Shown here: positions 1-13,055 of the stretch, one piece after another
Layout of the letters: each line of letters opens with the position of its first letter
Position numbering within the stretch: position 1 is the first letter of the stretch
Assembly (NCBI GenBank): GCA_035084275.1
Contig: CM068756.1
Coordinates: forward strand, 4,588,001 to 4,652,000
Length of the DNA stretch: 64,000 nucleotides
From: Hydrolagus colliei
Lineage: Eukaryota
Direction: 5' to 3'
Program-made: the position numbers and the translations under genes
The notes under the pieces: generated by a model
Told to the model about the DNA's origin: nothing
What the model saw: the letters and a program-made list of their open reading frames with translations, nothing else
The model's database searches: none

Positions 1-112
1 GAAATGAACAAATGGAATATCACAGTAGTTGAAAGAATCATTTAGGGTCCATATAATGAATCTTTTCAATTTGAAGAGCCTTTTAAAGAACAGAGCACTT
101 TTCTGTACATAA

Positions 113-351
113 CTAGGGCATCCAGTTCTGTCTGAGATGAAACATTTGGGCACTAGGTGTCTCTCTCAAGTCAACACATGAAGCACAAACTCTGACAGGC
201 CTTCTTCTCTCCGTATCTCCTTCTGCACTAATAGATGTTGTGCTGAATGTACATGAACGTGGCTGACCATCGCGAAACTCCAGGAGGCGGGGAAACCAGG
301 CTATCTTGGTCAGTGAGGAGTTATTCGGATAATGGCCGAACTCCTTTGCTC
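113..351 (-). CDS. Putative terminal coding exon of an unidentified minus-strand gene (G-AKEFGHYPNNSSLTKIAWFPRLLEF...SAQMFHLRQNWMP*)
   Basis: Acceptor ctgtgttttgtactgtcag|GA. Only one of three frames is open (phase 1), ending at TAG 115-113. The phase matches the upstream phase-1 exons. Protein not recognised. Confidence 0.6.
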
Positions 352-737
352 CTGACAGTACAAAACACAGCATTAAGAATATCTAGGGTGTTCCCAAAAG
401 CAGTCTCCTTCTAAAGAGGATATGTAGAAAATTCATCTGGTCAATAGGAAGTGCTTAAATATCACAGGCAGCTAGCTGTGCCTGCAGAGGAAACTGCTGG
501 CTTGTAAACCATGAACACACTTCAAAGGCATCAGCAGTGAATGATTTTACTTCCAACACAATAGCACCACAATCTGCAGTATTTCAACAGTAAGTGGAGA
601 AGATTTCCCTGTACAGAGTTCACTCGTGCCACTTGATGTATGAAATTGACTCACTTGGGCTTGACAAGCTGCTCTCCTCATAAATAAAATGCACTGGATC
701 TTCTGCAACACCCTTCACATCTTCAATAACTAAATCC

Positions 738-757
738 TATAAACTTATAAGTTTATA
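738..757. repeat. Perfect 20-bp AT-rich palindrome
   Basis: TATAAACTTATAAGTTTATA is its own reverse complement. Confidence 0.9.
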
Positions 758-3700
758 AGACCAATTGGCCCTGGTCAACGATCAATGAGGATGGAATCAA
801 CAACAACTTGCATTTACATAGTGCCCTCCATTTGGGAGTAATGTCTCTGATCGTTTTAGATCTGTGGTGGTGACTGATACCAAGGAGGGGAAAGGAGACT
901 GAAGCCATGGTCATAGAAGTAAGTGTATATGTATTAGGGGCAGGTGGGTGAGAAAAGGATTTCTATGAGGAGTGTCAGCAAGCAAGGCTGAGAGGAGACT
1001 ATTTTCTTTACTATTTACACTATCAACAACAACATTGATTTATATAGCGCCCTCCACGCCAGACGACACTACTCATCTCGGAGAGAACATTCAGCTCACA
1101 TGGCTAACATGAGAAAAACAAAAACCCTGAAGAGTTCACGTCTCACTATTTCCCCCTCATGCAAATAAATGTTATTGTGGTACTTCTAAGGTAATCACTA
1201 CCACACAGTGACATAACCACATTGGTTACTAACCACAAAGGATTTACATTGACAAATCATTATCACCCCAATCTACCAGGCAGCTCACTATTATCACAGC
1301 TCGGTGGTTGCATCTTTGGATTGAAAAAGCACTAAACAGGAGAGAACAAAAACCTTATTTGATTATGATAAACAATTCTTAGAAAAGTCCACCTGTATCC
1401 TGACTTTTACACGTGAAAGAAAATGCAGAAACGCAATACAACGCAAGCAATGTTTAAATTTTTTTAATATCTTGCTTGAAACAGTGTAGACTAATTTTGT
1501 GTTCCGTTTGGAAAAAAGTCCATCTTAAATCCCTTGTATTTGTCTGTGACAGAGTTATAATAACAATCCTTGCATATGATATAGCGCCTTATCACGTCTT
1601 AGAGACGTCTCAAAGCGATTCACAGAATATACTGTAAGGTGAATTGACCGTACGTTTTGTGGGTAAAATGTGGTCGCTAATTTGCTGTGAAGTCTAGTGT
1701 CAGTGCATCTGTAAACGAACACTGCAGCCAATGTTCAAACAGCCGTGAGGTGAATGACCAGTTTTATCAAAGCTCTCTCAAGACTCACACTCTCTCTGCA
1801 AGTTACTGAAAGCCCTGGGCCCAGCTGCGTGAGCACTGCTTGAGCAGCATCATTTGATTTCCCCTATCAATGTGTCTACTTCCTCATTTAAAACTCATGT
1901 GCAAATTTTACTGAAATGGGTAAAGAGCCAATTCAACTGCTTCACACATTGGGTTAGTGGATCACAGAGGCTGGAGTCTATCATCATATTTTGGGATCAG
2001 CCTGCTGTTGATGTTTTTGCCCGGAATTGTTAGTTCTGCAATTCAGCGAAAGATCTCCCTTGCAATCAAATCAACTTTTTCCTCCACAGAATTTTATCTT
2101 CGCTCTTACATTTTCATTTATTTGTTGGTAACTTTTTTTTCTTTCAATTCTCCCTCCAATCCACCCCCACCCACCTCTCAGAAAACATTAATGTGGGCAA
2201 AGATGTGGAGACAAACACATGAAAGACTGCAGCTCTATGCAAAGTGCAGGGAAACAGCAGGAAGTTCACTAGACAGGGCTCACAATGCACTTTGGGGGGC
2301 GGGTTAAAGGCAAAGTCCAACAGTAGCTCAACACACATTGAGCTGAGCCTTGATTCTTGCCAATCTGAGCCTAATTCGCTCCCCCCGCCTTGCGGAGAAA
2401 GTGCTATATTATATTTATATACACTATATACAGTATATACATATATATGCATGTATGTTGTAATTAGGTAAGCAGGGTGCACCACTCCAGAGAGACTGCA
2501 TACACCATTCCAGACACAGTGAAAACTCCATGTTCAGATGGCATACTTATGGCTTGCATACTCCTAAGTACACCCTCATGGTTTTCTTATGTGTCATACA
2601 TCCGGCTGTCCAAAAAAATACTGTGGTAATCTGTTTTCTACATACTTTTATAGAGAACAGGAAAGGAATTCAGTATGTGAAGAGCAGAAATCACTTTTAC
2701 AAGTTTGATTAACGCACCCACCTCAAAGTCCATTGAGTGTTGGCAGATAACCAAAATACAAGAAAAACAAATCACCCCTCCTTTAGTACTCACTGGCACA
2801 GGGTGGAGTGAGTGTTAAAACATCAATATGATAAAACAAAATTCAACACTCAGAAAGGTATTTCAGTAGGCGGTTGCATCAGTAAAACAAACAGCAAAGT
2901 TTTTGCTTTAACTTCTATTTCACAAGAGCACTTCCATTACCATATTTTAAACAGTTTGAAAGGCAATAATTTTTTTTAAGGTTGCAAATGGTACGATTTT
3001 TAAAACAAATCTTTAGAAGTTGAACAATGTCTCCTTTGAAATGTTAATATCAAGAGCCTACCTTCGCAGTAAATGGTGCAATTGGCCAAATCTTCATTCA
3101 CAGTTATTGGAAACTTCCTTAACCAGCAGCGTTCATCTTTCAGCTCGAGAAGTAGTACTGTAGCACTCTGTTAATTTAAAGAAAAATAATCCATTTAGGA
3201 AATGGTAATAACATTGGCAATCTTTGAACTTGATACAGCCCCATTCACATCAGAAACATTTCTCAAAGCGCTTCCTAGAATTAACTGTAACGACATGGCA
3301 GCTTATTTATCCACACCAATTTTCCCACAAACAGCTATGAAGTGAATGACCAAGTCTAGGATGCTATCCTGCTTGAGGGATGCTTATATAAATGCAAGTT
3401 GTTGTCTAACACATTTCTTGGGGTTGTGTTTTGGTGAGCGTGGTGTTTGATATATACAGAGACTACAACAACAACGGTAACAAATTGCATTTACATAGCG
3501 CCTTTCATGTTGGGAGGATGTCCCAAGGTGCAGAGTACCTGTACCAGATGTTTTAGTTACACATGCTCCCTTACGTGAAAAATCTTGTTCCAGAATAACG
3601 TGTTCAGCCACAAGGTGGCACCAATGACATGCAGATCTCTGTATTTCTAGGTTTTGTTTTGCTCAGCTAACTGTTACAAGTCGAAAGCTTCGGTTTTTAG

Positions 3701-6700
3701 TTGGACAGCAATAGGTTCACATCTGGTTCAAGGCACAGTTTTGCCACAAACAATATGGAAGGGTGTCTAATCATAACAGTTCCTCGGGTAGAGATACATG
3801 CCATTTTCAAGGTACAGCTGGAAAAACAATCCTGGGTTTCATACCTTTTTCCTCGTTTTATAATTTCTATAAAAACCCAATTAAGTGTAAATAACACACA
3901 TTGGTGCATTCTATAAAAGGACCAAATTTCCTTACGCAGCTGTCTGTAACGGTTTCTTGGTACCTGCCTTTCTTAAATTATGATTATCTGAAATATTTGG
4001 GAGAGTGGGACTTTGAGGAAAGAGATGAACTGAAAAATAAATTAGCTTCAAAAGTAACTGAGATTTATATATAGAAGTGGAGTTAACTATTTCTACGACT
4101 ATGTGTACTAGAAGCCAAGGTGTGATCAAAGGCAAACATACTGAAAATAGATGTCTCATCAATTGATCCTGGTGATGGTTGGATGTACACAAAGACAAGA
4201 GATACAGCTGTAGTGCAATAACAGACAAGCCACAGATATTATACAACCTCCACATATCCTCCAGTACACTTACACTTTTAGTCCCAGTATCCCTCATACA
4301 GGACATGTTGACAGAACAAGGACCTGTCTGCAGAGTGTTACCATAGCAAAGACATTTGATATTAACTTGCAAGAGGCTGATGAAGGGTTCTGCAGAGGAC
4401 AATGTATGCAAGCTGAGCTGGATCACCCACATCCACAGAAATTCTAAGTCTTAAAATGTTTAACCTAAATTGGATAAACCATCAGGGAGACAGAACTCTG
4501 TGATCATTACTGTGGTTTCTTGTCTAATATGCTCTACAATGAATACAACATTTGCAACCAACCAATTTGGTTTGTAAATAACTACTGAGGCACTGGTCCA
4601 TGGGTACTTTGAACAGTCTGTTCATTCTCATGGAAAGACACCTTGTTTCAAAAGTATCTGCTTGTTTGGTTAATTTCTCCCAGAGTTGATACTCTCTTGT
4701 GTGAGTTGAGGATGGAGCAAAGCTGGGTGAATGAAGCTTTCCTTTCTCACGTGGAAGCACTTATACTTAATGAAGCAATGTCAATTTGATACTGAACAGA
4801 ACTTATTGAGTAAATGTTTTATCCTCTGCCTTTAAATGCCTTGTATGATAACCCCGCCCTCCGAGTCCTGTCTGGTAAAATGAGATTTGGGTCTGAAAAC
4901 TAACTACCGAGTACGTTCCACGAATCAACTTGGACCCATCACTTGGATGGTGTTGGATATCTGTCTCATCAGATACCATGCTACTTGGAAAGGGGTTCGG
5001 TAGAGACAGTATCTCCGAGATAGTCCAGTTGGAATGAGATAGGAGCTGCTGTTACACCACGGTGGCACCTGATGTTTTTTTTAAACCAGCTCAGGCTCCT
5101 GCTAAGTCTTTGAGATGATCTTTAAACATAAAAATCACGGTATAAGTGTAAATTGTTGTTTAAGGTGAATCTTGCACTGCATCAGCAACCAGGTATTCTT
5201 GTAATGCTGTGTCAGTACAAGTTACTCTCTACTGTACATGAGGGTAAACAGGTAAAGATAGACTAGCTAGGTTTTCTATTACCGTATGTTGCATGCAAGA
5301 CAGCTTGATTTCTGAGTCAATTTCATTATCCAAGTACTCAGTGGATTTACCCCTTTATTTACTGAATAATCTTATTAATCCAATATTGATCCATCATTAT
5401 CAATAGATTTTCAAAAGCCCAATTTGTAAATCAAGAATTAATTTTGCCTCAAATCCCAGCAGAATTGATGACTTTTTTGGAAAGGCAAGACCTCATCTCA
5501 GCCAGTCTTTCCATTTCATCTGCTTCAGAACTGATTCAGTGCTTAACAACAGTGCTGAAGTCTGCAATCCTAAAATCTCTCACATCCTTTTCCTATGAAT
5601 GTTAATGATGGTGAAAATTTTAATCTGGGATGATCCCTGAGCTGTTGCTATGTTGATATGAAATCTAATTATTCAGCCTCAAACCAAGAGCTACTGAGAA
5701 CTCATCAGTACAATAGTCAAGAGTTCAAAGCCAGATGCAACATCCAACATTTACTGAAGAACTGAAAGTTTTAACAAAAAGGCAGTCTGATTAGCTCATG
5801 CATCCTATAGGGAACAGCAGGTCTTGATTTAGTCCAGTGAACTGAACTTGATTACATTTTTTTAAAAAAGCAGTCTGGACCAGAAAAAAATGGCTTTTTT
5901 TTGTTGCAATTTTGGATAGGAAGGTGTATAAATAAATTGTTGCTTCCATATTATAGCAGAGCAAGAGATCGATTCTATGCGAGTTATAATAGTACAGTAA
6001 TAAGAAGCTTTGCATTTGATAAGAGCGTTGTTCGGGATGAAGTGGATTGGCCAATTGACTATGTCACTTGCCTACAATTACAGTCACTACACTTGTGTAA
6101 GTGCTGTGGTTTCAAGTCCCATGCCAATACTCTTGAATACTGCTGTGCACAAGTCGGATTATTATTATTATTATTGCTACTACCGTAATCTGTTTTCTAT
6201 ATAGGTTCTAGTATTCTAAATATAATTGATGGGTGCACACCAAGTGTGAAGAGTAGACACTAATTTTGGAACAATGTTTAGGATTTCAGATATACTCCTT
6301 AGCTGCTTTCAGTCAAAAAAACAACTCTTCAGACCTTAAATGTACTTGTGGTGTACTGGCCAGGAAAGGGCAGGGTTTTTTTTCTTGGAGTTGAAGGAAA
6401 AGTATGACATGAGCTTAGTGCAGCTAATATTAACCAGACCATCTCAAATATATATCATGCAAGAACACGATCCACACCACATCTTTATCATCTACTTATC
6501 ACTAATTTATCAGGCTTCTCCTCAATGCACAAGGGGCTAAGATACTTAAGACTCGCTGAGCTGTTTAATTTATCACACTTTGTAGTTCTGGAAAGCATCC
6601 ATCAAACGGTTCAGTCCCTTTAGAAGGAAAATAAATTTTAAGAGTTTTTTTTAAAAAAGGAAACTTCATAGATAACAGGGAGAGAGAACATTTAGCGGCT

Positions 6701-8199
6701 CAATAATATCAAAAAGTTTGGATACAAAGCAAGATGGCTCATTTGTGATAACCAGCAACTCAATAACAGGAAAGCGGACTGCCAAAGGTACTAAGCAATG
6801 ATTAGACACATGATTCCAACAAGGTCTAAACAGTGGACTTCTAAAGCAGGCTCGTCAAATGGTTTAGTAACATTACCTTATTGCTGCATTTTGTACAAAT
6901 GGGGTTTCAAGCAGAGCTCCTTTAAGGATCATGTCATCTAAATGTCAGTACCATTAAAACTCACATCACAAATGTCCCAATTACAATGACTCCCTATTAA
7001 TCCTTTGAATATTTTGGTTGAAATTAGCAACATCAAGAAAACAGCTTTAACTTAAACATATATAAAAGACTTAAATGTTACAGCAGACGGCAAAGAAAAT
7101 TTCATAAATCCATCACACTGCTTTTTTTTTCTTAATTGACCTGAAATGCCCCACAATAATTTTAAAAAATTTAAAAAATGGGTTGGAAGATAAAGATAGA
7201 AATGATGCCAATGATTGGAGTGAGATGCCGTGGGGATAGCAACACAAAAGCCTTTCATAATCTGCTTCAGGAAACTGCACCAATCCAGGATTTGCAAGGA
7301 TTATTATTATTTACTAATTTACTTAAAAGAAAATCTATTTAACCATCACTCTTGATTCTTTTTGGAGTAGGCACATTTAATCATTTGATGATAACCTTAA
7401 AGGTATGTTTTTTTAAATATATATATAATCAGGCTGCTTTCAAGTCCTCTTAAAATCCAACAAACCTATGCATCAAAGCCTCTTCCTTTGTTGTTGATGT
7501 TTTTTCCTGTGGCGACTCAGACCCATTGACTCTTGCCCTTGACCGTATGATTTTGTAGTGATGGTGTGGAAACTTTCAAGCAGCTGATAAGGATTTGTAT
7601 AGAAAACCAGAGTCTATTAAGACTTAGTACTACTCATCTTAGGGAGGCCAGTTTGAATTTTTTTGCAGTACAGCTTAATCAAATGGGAATATGATGCAGT
7701 CTTGCAGCTCAGACTCCAAACTATGGCAGGAAGCACATTACATCCTCTGGTGTTGTAGTTATTAATGGGGGCAGGCGGAATTTGGATTTATGCAGTTATA
7801 TGAACATTATGAATGAACAAGGGCTGTACGATTTGGATGTCGATCTTCCTTCGCTCTTTCTTGGTGAAAGTACAAAGATCGCAGAGCTGTCAAACCGAGC
7901 ATTTAGAATTTGTTAAAAACCACCCACCCAGAATTTGTCAAAAACAGCAACCAGTTAACAAGGTGGGTGCCCACTCTAAGGGATATAGGAGCAGCAGCCC
8001 ACAGGTGTTCTCCTGATGTTAGTTAACCTGAGTGTTGCTGTAAGGGGCATTCAACATTTACAGAGACAGGCGCCTGATCATGTCATTGAGATGTCTCAAA
8101 GCGCTTCACAAAATATACTGTAAAGTGGATAGACTGTATTTTGTGGACAAACCGTGACAGCCAATTGCTGTTTTTAACTTGCATTTGTACAATTCTCTT

Positions 8200-8415
8200 C
8201 AATTGGAATAGATTCTTGGTGTGCTTCACAGTGATGGTGTCAGACACCGACCGAGCAAGGAAGAAGGGAGAGAGACAGGGTGGACATACCATAGGTACGG
8301 TCATAGAGGTAGATCTTAAGGCAGTACTAGACAAATAAGAGAGTGGGAGGGAACGAGACAGAGGGGTAGAGGAAGGCAGTTCCAGAGGTTAAGGCTATGG
8401 AATCTGAAAGTCAAA
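8200..8415 (-). mobile_element. L2 LINE 3' fragment
   Basis: Degenerate end-of-ORF2 pattern (ctctggaactgccttcctc...ccttaagatctacctctatgacc) typical of L2. Confidence 0.55.
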
Positions 8416-8869
8416 AGGCAGATAATAAATGCCTTGAAGTACAATCACTGGACTGGAAGGGTTTTTGTAAAACAATAACCATTACAATAAGAGGAAGGCT
8501 AGTTCCATATCTTCCATTAATCATCTGATGAATGAGCTATTAACTGAGAAATGGTTACGTCCTCACTAGACTAAAAAGTGCTGCTGTTCCTCAGAGCGAG
8601 AGAGAAAAAAAAGAGGCTGATAAGCACAATGCCGGAACTCAACAAAAATGTAGATAGAAGTTAAAATCTTGGAAATGAGTGTGTATCAGCCAGAAATCAA
8701 TCATTTTGGACTTGGTGTACCAACAGCCTCCCAGAAGCATGGCGCCTGAACGAGATAAGTCCAGACTAGAGAGATAAGGGTTAATCTGTATTTAATTCAA
8801 GGAGATGATGAACAGGACATTTAATGAACTCAGAAATATAGAATTTTTTTTTCTGTACAATTGTGTTTT

Positions 8870-8909
8870 GTTCGTACATGGACCAGACAACCTTGGTCCA
8901 TGTACGAAC
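8870..8909. repeat. Perfect 16-bp inverted repeat with 8-nt loop
   Basis: GTTCGTACATGGACCA-gacaacct-TGGTCCATGTACGAAC. Confidence 0.95.
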
Positions 8910-10395
8910 GTACATTAATTACTAGCTCAACAATTTATACATATCAGCAATGTTTGTTTGACGGGACATTTACATAAAAATGCTGCCAAAGCATACAAGA
9001 CAAAAACATTACACTTGGGTTTGTCATATTTAATGAATGTTGCCATAGAAGCCAACCGCTAATTGTTCAATTCATTCAGTTTCATTCTTTTTCTTTAGCC
9101 AATTTTTTAAACAGTTTAAAAGGCAATTAACAGGTGAAAGCTAAATTAGATAACATGGAATAAATTTGTCACTTGTATCATCTAAAATGTAAAATATGAA
9201 CTCCGTTCAATAATGAGCATTTTGGTAAATTATAAATACTCAAAGAGTAAGCTGCAGAACAAGTGTGACACACAATATGTTTATTTCATGATTTAATTCT
9301 ACATCAGAGCAGGTAAATGCAACCAGCTTTGTGTGAATAGGTTGGTTTATGCAAGTTTTATATCAAAGCAGGTTATTCTAACAGGGATTATAGCCACACA
9401 GGCCCTGCGGATGCTCAGAACACTTTGCAGCTGGCAGTTTGCTTCTAACCAAAGTCTTTGACTGCCATGTTGGAAGGATGCCATGTTGGAAATTGCCCAT
9501 GTGGAAGGGAAGATGGAAAAGAGATTAACTGTAGGTTCCAAACACAACTTGGATGTACGATTCCTTTGCAGCGATCAATTGGGACCTGACCATATTATTT
9601 TTTTACAAAATAGTGGTGGGGGGAAAAATGACGACTGCCAAGTTGATAATATGAGGTGAGTGGTAAAAAAATTACTTTGATCATTAGCTTGTTTTTTTTT
9701 TAAAAAGCACTGGATTATAGATTACTAGAAATATCACTGGATAGTACACTAGTCAGCACTGAAACAAATAGCCATTATATCAAGACATCTCATTTTCAGT
9801 CAACTTGTTCTTTCTGAAGTGGCACTTTGAAACTTAGGCAGTCTGTTATCTACCAAAACACATTTTATGAAATCAACCCAAATCTTGGAAGTGTACTGTT
9901 AATTTAAGTCACGGAATTGAAGGACAGTCATTGGCAGTTTTTGACCATTTTCACAATTCTTAAAAATATTGTTCATCTTTCTATCTTACATTCAATTACA
10001 TTCTCAATACTGGGCTTGTTCACCTTTGCCAAACATGTTCAATGCGATGCTGGCAACACACTGATCCCATACCCAGAACCACACTTTTTTTTATGATTAA
10101 GGCAAAAAGCCATTTAACAGTCATATTCAGCAGCTTTGCAGGCTACATATTAGCCACACCTCAAATTACTATTGATAACATATTGCAATTTAATAATTCC
10201 CTTAAACAGAGCAATACATTGCAATCAACATCAGTTCTACCTCTCCACTCACAAAACCCCCTTTCCTTAAGATACTTCACTGTACTTACATTGAAGGTTG
10301 AGGAAGCTGCACTTAAACTGGGCTTATAGTTGAATAAAGGAAACCAGCTACCTGTGGCTGCAACTCATTGGGGCGGTGAATGAGCCAATGCATTT

Positions 10396-10721
10396 TAATA
10401 ATAATAATACTTTCATTTTGATATAGCGCTTTTCATATCTTATCGACGTCTCAAGGCGCTTCACAGAATATATGCTGTAAAGTGAATTGACTGTATATCT
10501 GTGGGCGAAACGAGGTACCCAATTGCGCACAGCGGTGTCCCATAAACAGTCGTGGAATGAAATGACCAATTTTTATTATCGTGTTTTTTGGGGGGATGGA
10601 TTATCATTAGGCATGTGGAGTAAGAAAACTTGCCCAAGGTTTCACCCTGATCTGCCTGGATTCGAACATAGGTCTCACGCTTGAAAGGTGAGTGCTCTAA
10701 CCACTGAGCTACAGGAGTTCC
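10396..10721 (-). mobile_element. Full-length tRNA-derived SINE with L2-type tail and (TAT)n end
   Basis: Minus strand: A box TAGCTCAGTGG, B box GTTCGAATCC, motif CCTTGGGCAAG, tail CTGTGAAGCGCCTTGAGACGTC...AGCGCTATATCAAA then TATTATTAT. Confidence 0.9.
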
Positions 10722-10886
10722 ACAAAGCTCCTTATGCAAGTCTCACAGGTCACTAAATATTTAGTGATAGCGCAAGTTGGTGGATCATAATTTGTGGATG
10801 GCATCAAACAATCGGAACAAATTTATTTTGCACATTCATGAATACCAATTATACATCTGCCAAATACTGTCAAACCAGTTCAAGTA

Positions 10887-11629
10887 CCGTATATCTCCGC
10901 GTATAAGGCGCACCCGCGTATAAGGCGCACCCCCCGTTTTTGACCTTTTCTTGGTGAAAAAAACCGGAAGCATTTTCAATGATATTGCCGGCAGAAGGGA
11001 GGAGAGACAGGTAGGTAGGGAGAGAGAGAGGGAGAGAGGCAGGCAGGCACGCAGGCAGGGAGGGAGGGAGGGAGGGAGAGCGGCAGGCCGGCAGCCCGGG
11101 AGAGAGAGAGGGAGAGAGGCAGGCCGGCAGCCCGGGAGAGAGAGAGGGAGAGAGGCAGGCCGGCAGCCCGGGAGGGAGAGAGGGAGAGAGGCAGGCCGGC
11201 AGCCCGGGAGAGAGAGAGGGAGAGAGGCAGGCCGGCAGCCCGGGAGAGAGAGAGGGAGGGAGAGAGGGAGGCCGGCAGCCTGGGAGAGAGAGAGAGGGAG
11301 AGATGCAGGCAGACATGCAGGCAGGGAGGGAGGGAGGGAGAGCGGCAGGGAGAGAGGCAGGCAGACTGGGTTCGGCAGAAGGTAAGCACAGCACTGAAGT
11401 CCGCTGCTGCTGCCGCTGCCCGGGCGGCCGACGCCGAAGCCCCGTCACCCGCTCCTCCCAACCCCCGCCGGACACTGACCAAACCCCGGCTGACAGCGCG
11501 CCGGCCGCCCCTCCGGTTTACTGTATTTCCGAGGCTCAAAATCTCTTGTATCTGCGTATAGGGCGCACCCCCAACTTTCGAGATCTTCCGACCTGAAAAA
11601 ATGTGCGCTTTATACGCGGAGATATACGG
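10887..11629. mobile_element. Tc1/mariner-pogo (Tc2-like, CCGTA termini) MITE, 743 bp
   Basis: 27-bp TIR CCGTATATCTCCGCGTATAAGGCGCAC with 1 mismatch. TA TSD at 10885-10886 and 11630-11631. Internal repeats of GCGTATAAGGCGCACCC near both ends. Confidence 0.9.
11085..11290 (+). repeat. 36-bp GC/purine-rich minisatellite (~5-6 copies) inside the MITE
   Basis: Unit GGCCGGCAGCCCGGGAGAGAGAGAGGGAGAGAGGCA. It explains the repetitive ORFs at 10870-11596. Confidence 0.9.
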
Positions 11630-12849
11630 TAATCATCTCCATACAGCAACCATTCCCTGTTAACAACCACCCTGGAATGGTCCGGGCAGTCCAGTTCAAA
11701 CACCAATGAACCCTTACTCTGAGGCCAACTCCTCCATGAAGGCCACTTTGGTCAAGTCCCCCGAGTGGTTGTTGAAGACCGTATGCATCACTACACTCAA
11801 CAGCAAATCCTGTGAAGCACTTTGAGATGTCTCAAAGTCACGATAAGGTACTGTATTGAATGCGAGGATTGTTCTCGTTTCTAACCTCTGTAATGTAAAT
11901 GTTAAAATGTTTGCCAAATTTGGGGCAATTTTGTGCCTGTTCAGTCAGAGTGAGGAGGGATTGGCTGAGAATGCTGAAAGTCATTTCATTATCACTAAAA
12001 CGAAACATAAAATAAAATAGATGAGATAACCCCTGAAATACTTCCCTTGTGGGAGTAGGGCAGTCGACAAGTACTGGAATGATACCAAGTTGTTTTGTTA
12101 AAAGTTTATTGACCATAACGCATGTTCAATGGTCAGTTGCTGCTTAAAAAAAAGTATGCATCACCCTCTCACCAAGTGAGTCGCTCTGAAAACATGGAAA
12201 ATGCTGAAACATTAAAATGCAGAAATATATTAAAATGCAGAAACTTGCATATATTTACCTCAAAGTCATGGAATCAGTTTCTCCAGTCATGCACACAAGT
12301 TGATCTAATTTTTATTATATGAAAAAAAAGCATTTGACGAACAATTCCGACATACAGAATTAATTCCTTACCAACTTATGAAGTTCTTTAGTACTTTTGT
12401 TACTGCTATTAATTGATCCTTCATATGGACCCCAGGAGAAGCCTTCTGACAATGTCTGACAAGCTCTCACTTGTGATTCGCTTTCCAAGTGGTTTAGCTC
12501 CAGTGACTCTGTAAATGACACAAAATAGAAACATAAACATTAAAAAAGGCACAGTATTTGCTGAATAGCTGTGATGCGGCACGCAACAACACAGCAAATG
12601 GAAAAAAAATGAAGCAATGTAATTTTCATCAATAACAGTTTAGCTACCGTGAAAATCAATGCTATCTTACAATCTTCGTTCACCTCAGTGTACAGGTGTA
12701 ATTTAACAGCCACCTTTAAATTACAATGACAAGCCTGATCCACTTGTGGGCTAGGCTTTTTATGTAGACAGCAAAGGCAGAATGAGAGAAGGTTAACTGA
12801 TTGGAGAGTCCAATCCTTTCCTCAACTGTTGTCTACTCATGTGCACATA

Positions 12850-13055
12850 GCAGTACTGGATAGCAATCAGGATCAGGCGCCCTGGCTGCTTTATCCATCC
12901 CTGACCTGGGGCGTTGAGGCAGACGGACAGTTGCAGTGCCTACTTGTAACCTGGCTGAGAGCAGCTAACTCCGCACTGACTGGGATTCAAAGCTGCTATC
13001 TTCCAATTTCTATGATTTAGTCCTGCCTTTACCCATTAGCCCACAGGGGGAGCTT
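12850..13055 (-). mobile_element. Ancient tRNA-derived SINE (related copy at ~62560-62715)
   Basis: Both loci end in tttacc(c/t)a(t/c)t(g)agcc...gg(g/a)gag-like sequence (revcomp tRNA head) with a ga(t/a)tcaaa B-box remnant. Confidence 0.5.

Noticed and set aside
165-205. RPVRVCASC as a FYVE domain
   Set aside because: The other FYVE hallmarks (WxxD, RRHHCR, further Cys pairs) are absent.
4377-4400. CTGATGAAGGG as another hammerhead core
   Set aside because: No stem II closure or downstream GAAA box.
7467-7575. Possible minus-strand exon FPHHHYKIIRSRARVNGSESPQEK...
   Set aside because: Weak splice sites, and phase 0-2 is incompatible with the phase-1 chain.
10640-10721. tRNA-like sequence (A/B boxes, TTC-like anticodon); also 32280-32367
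   Set aside because: These are SINE heads continuous with SINE body and tail, not tRNA genes.
11085-11290. Regular repeats as a CRISPR array
   Set aside because: No unique spacers, and the context is eukaryotic.
10870-11596. Long overlapping ORFs (201, 187, 144 and 97 aa)
   Set aside because: Artefacts of a stop-free 36-bp minisatellite inside a MITE.
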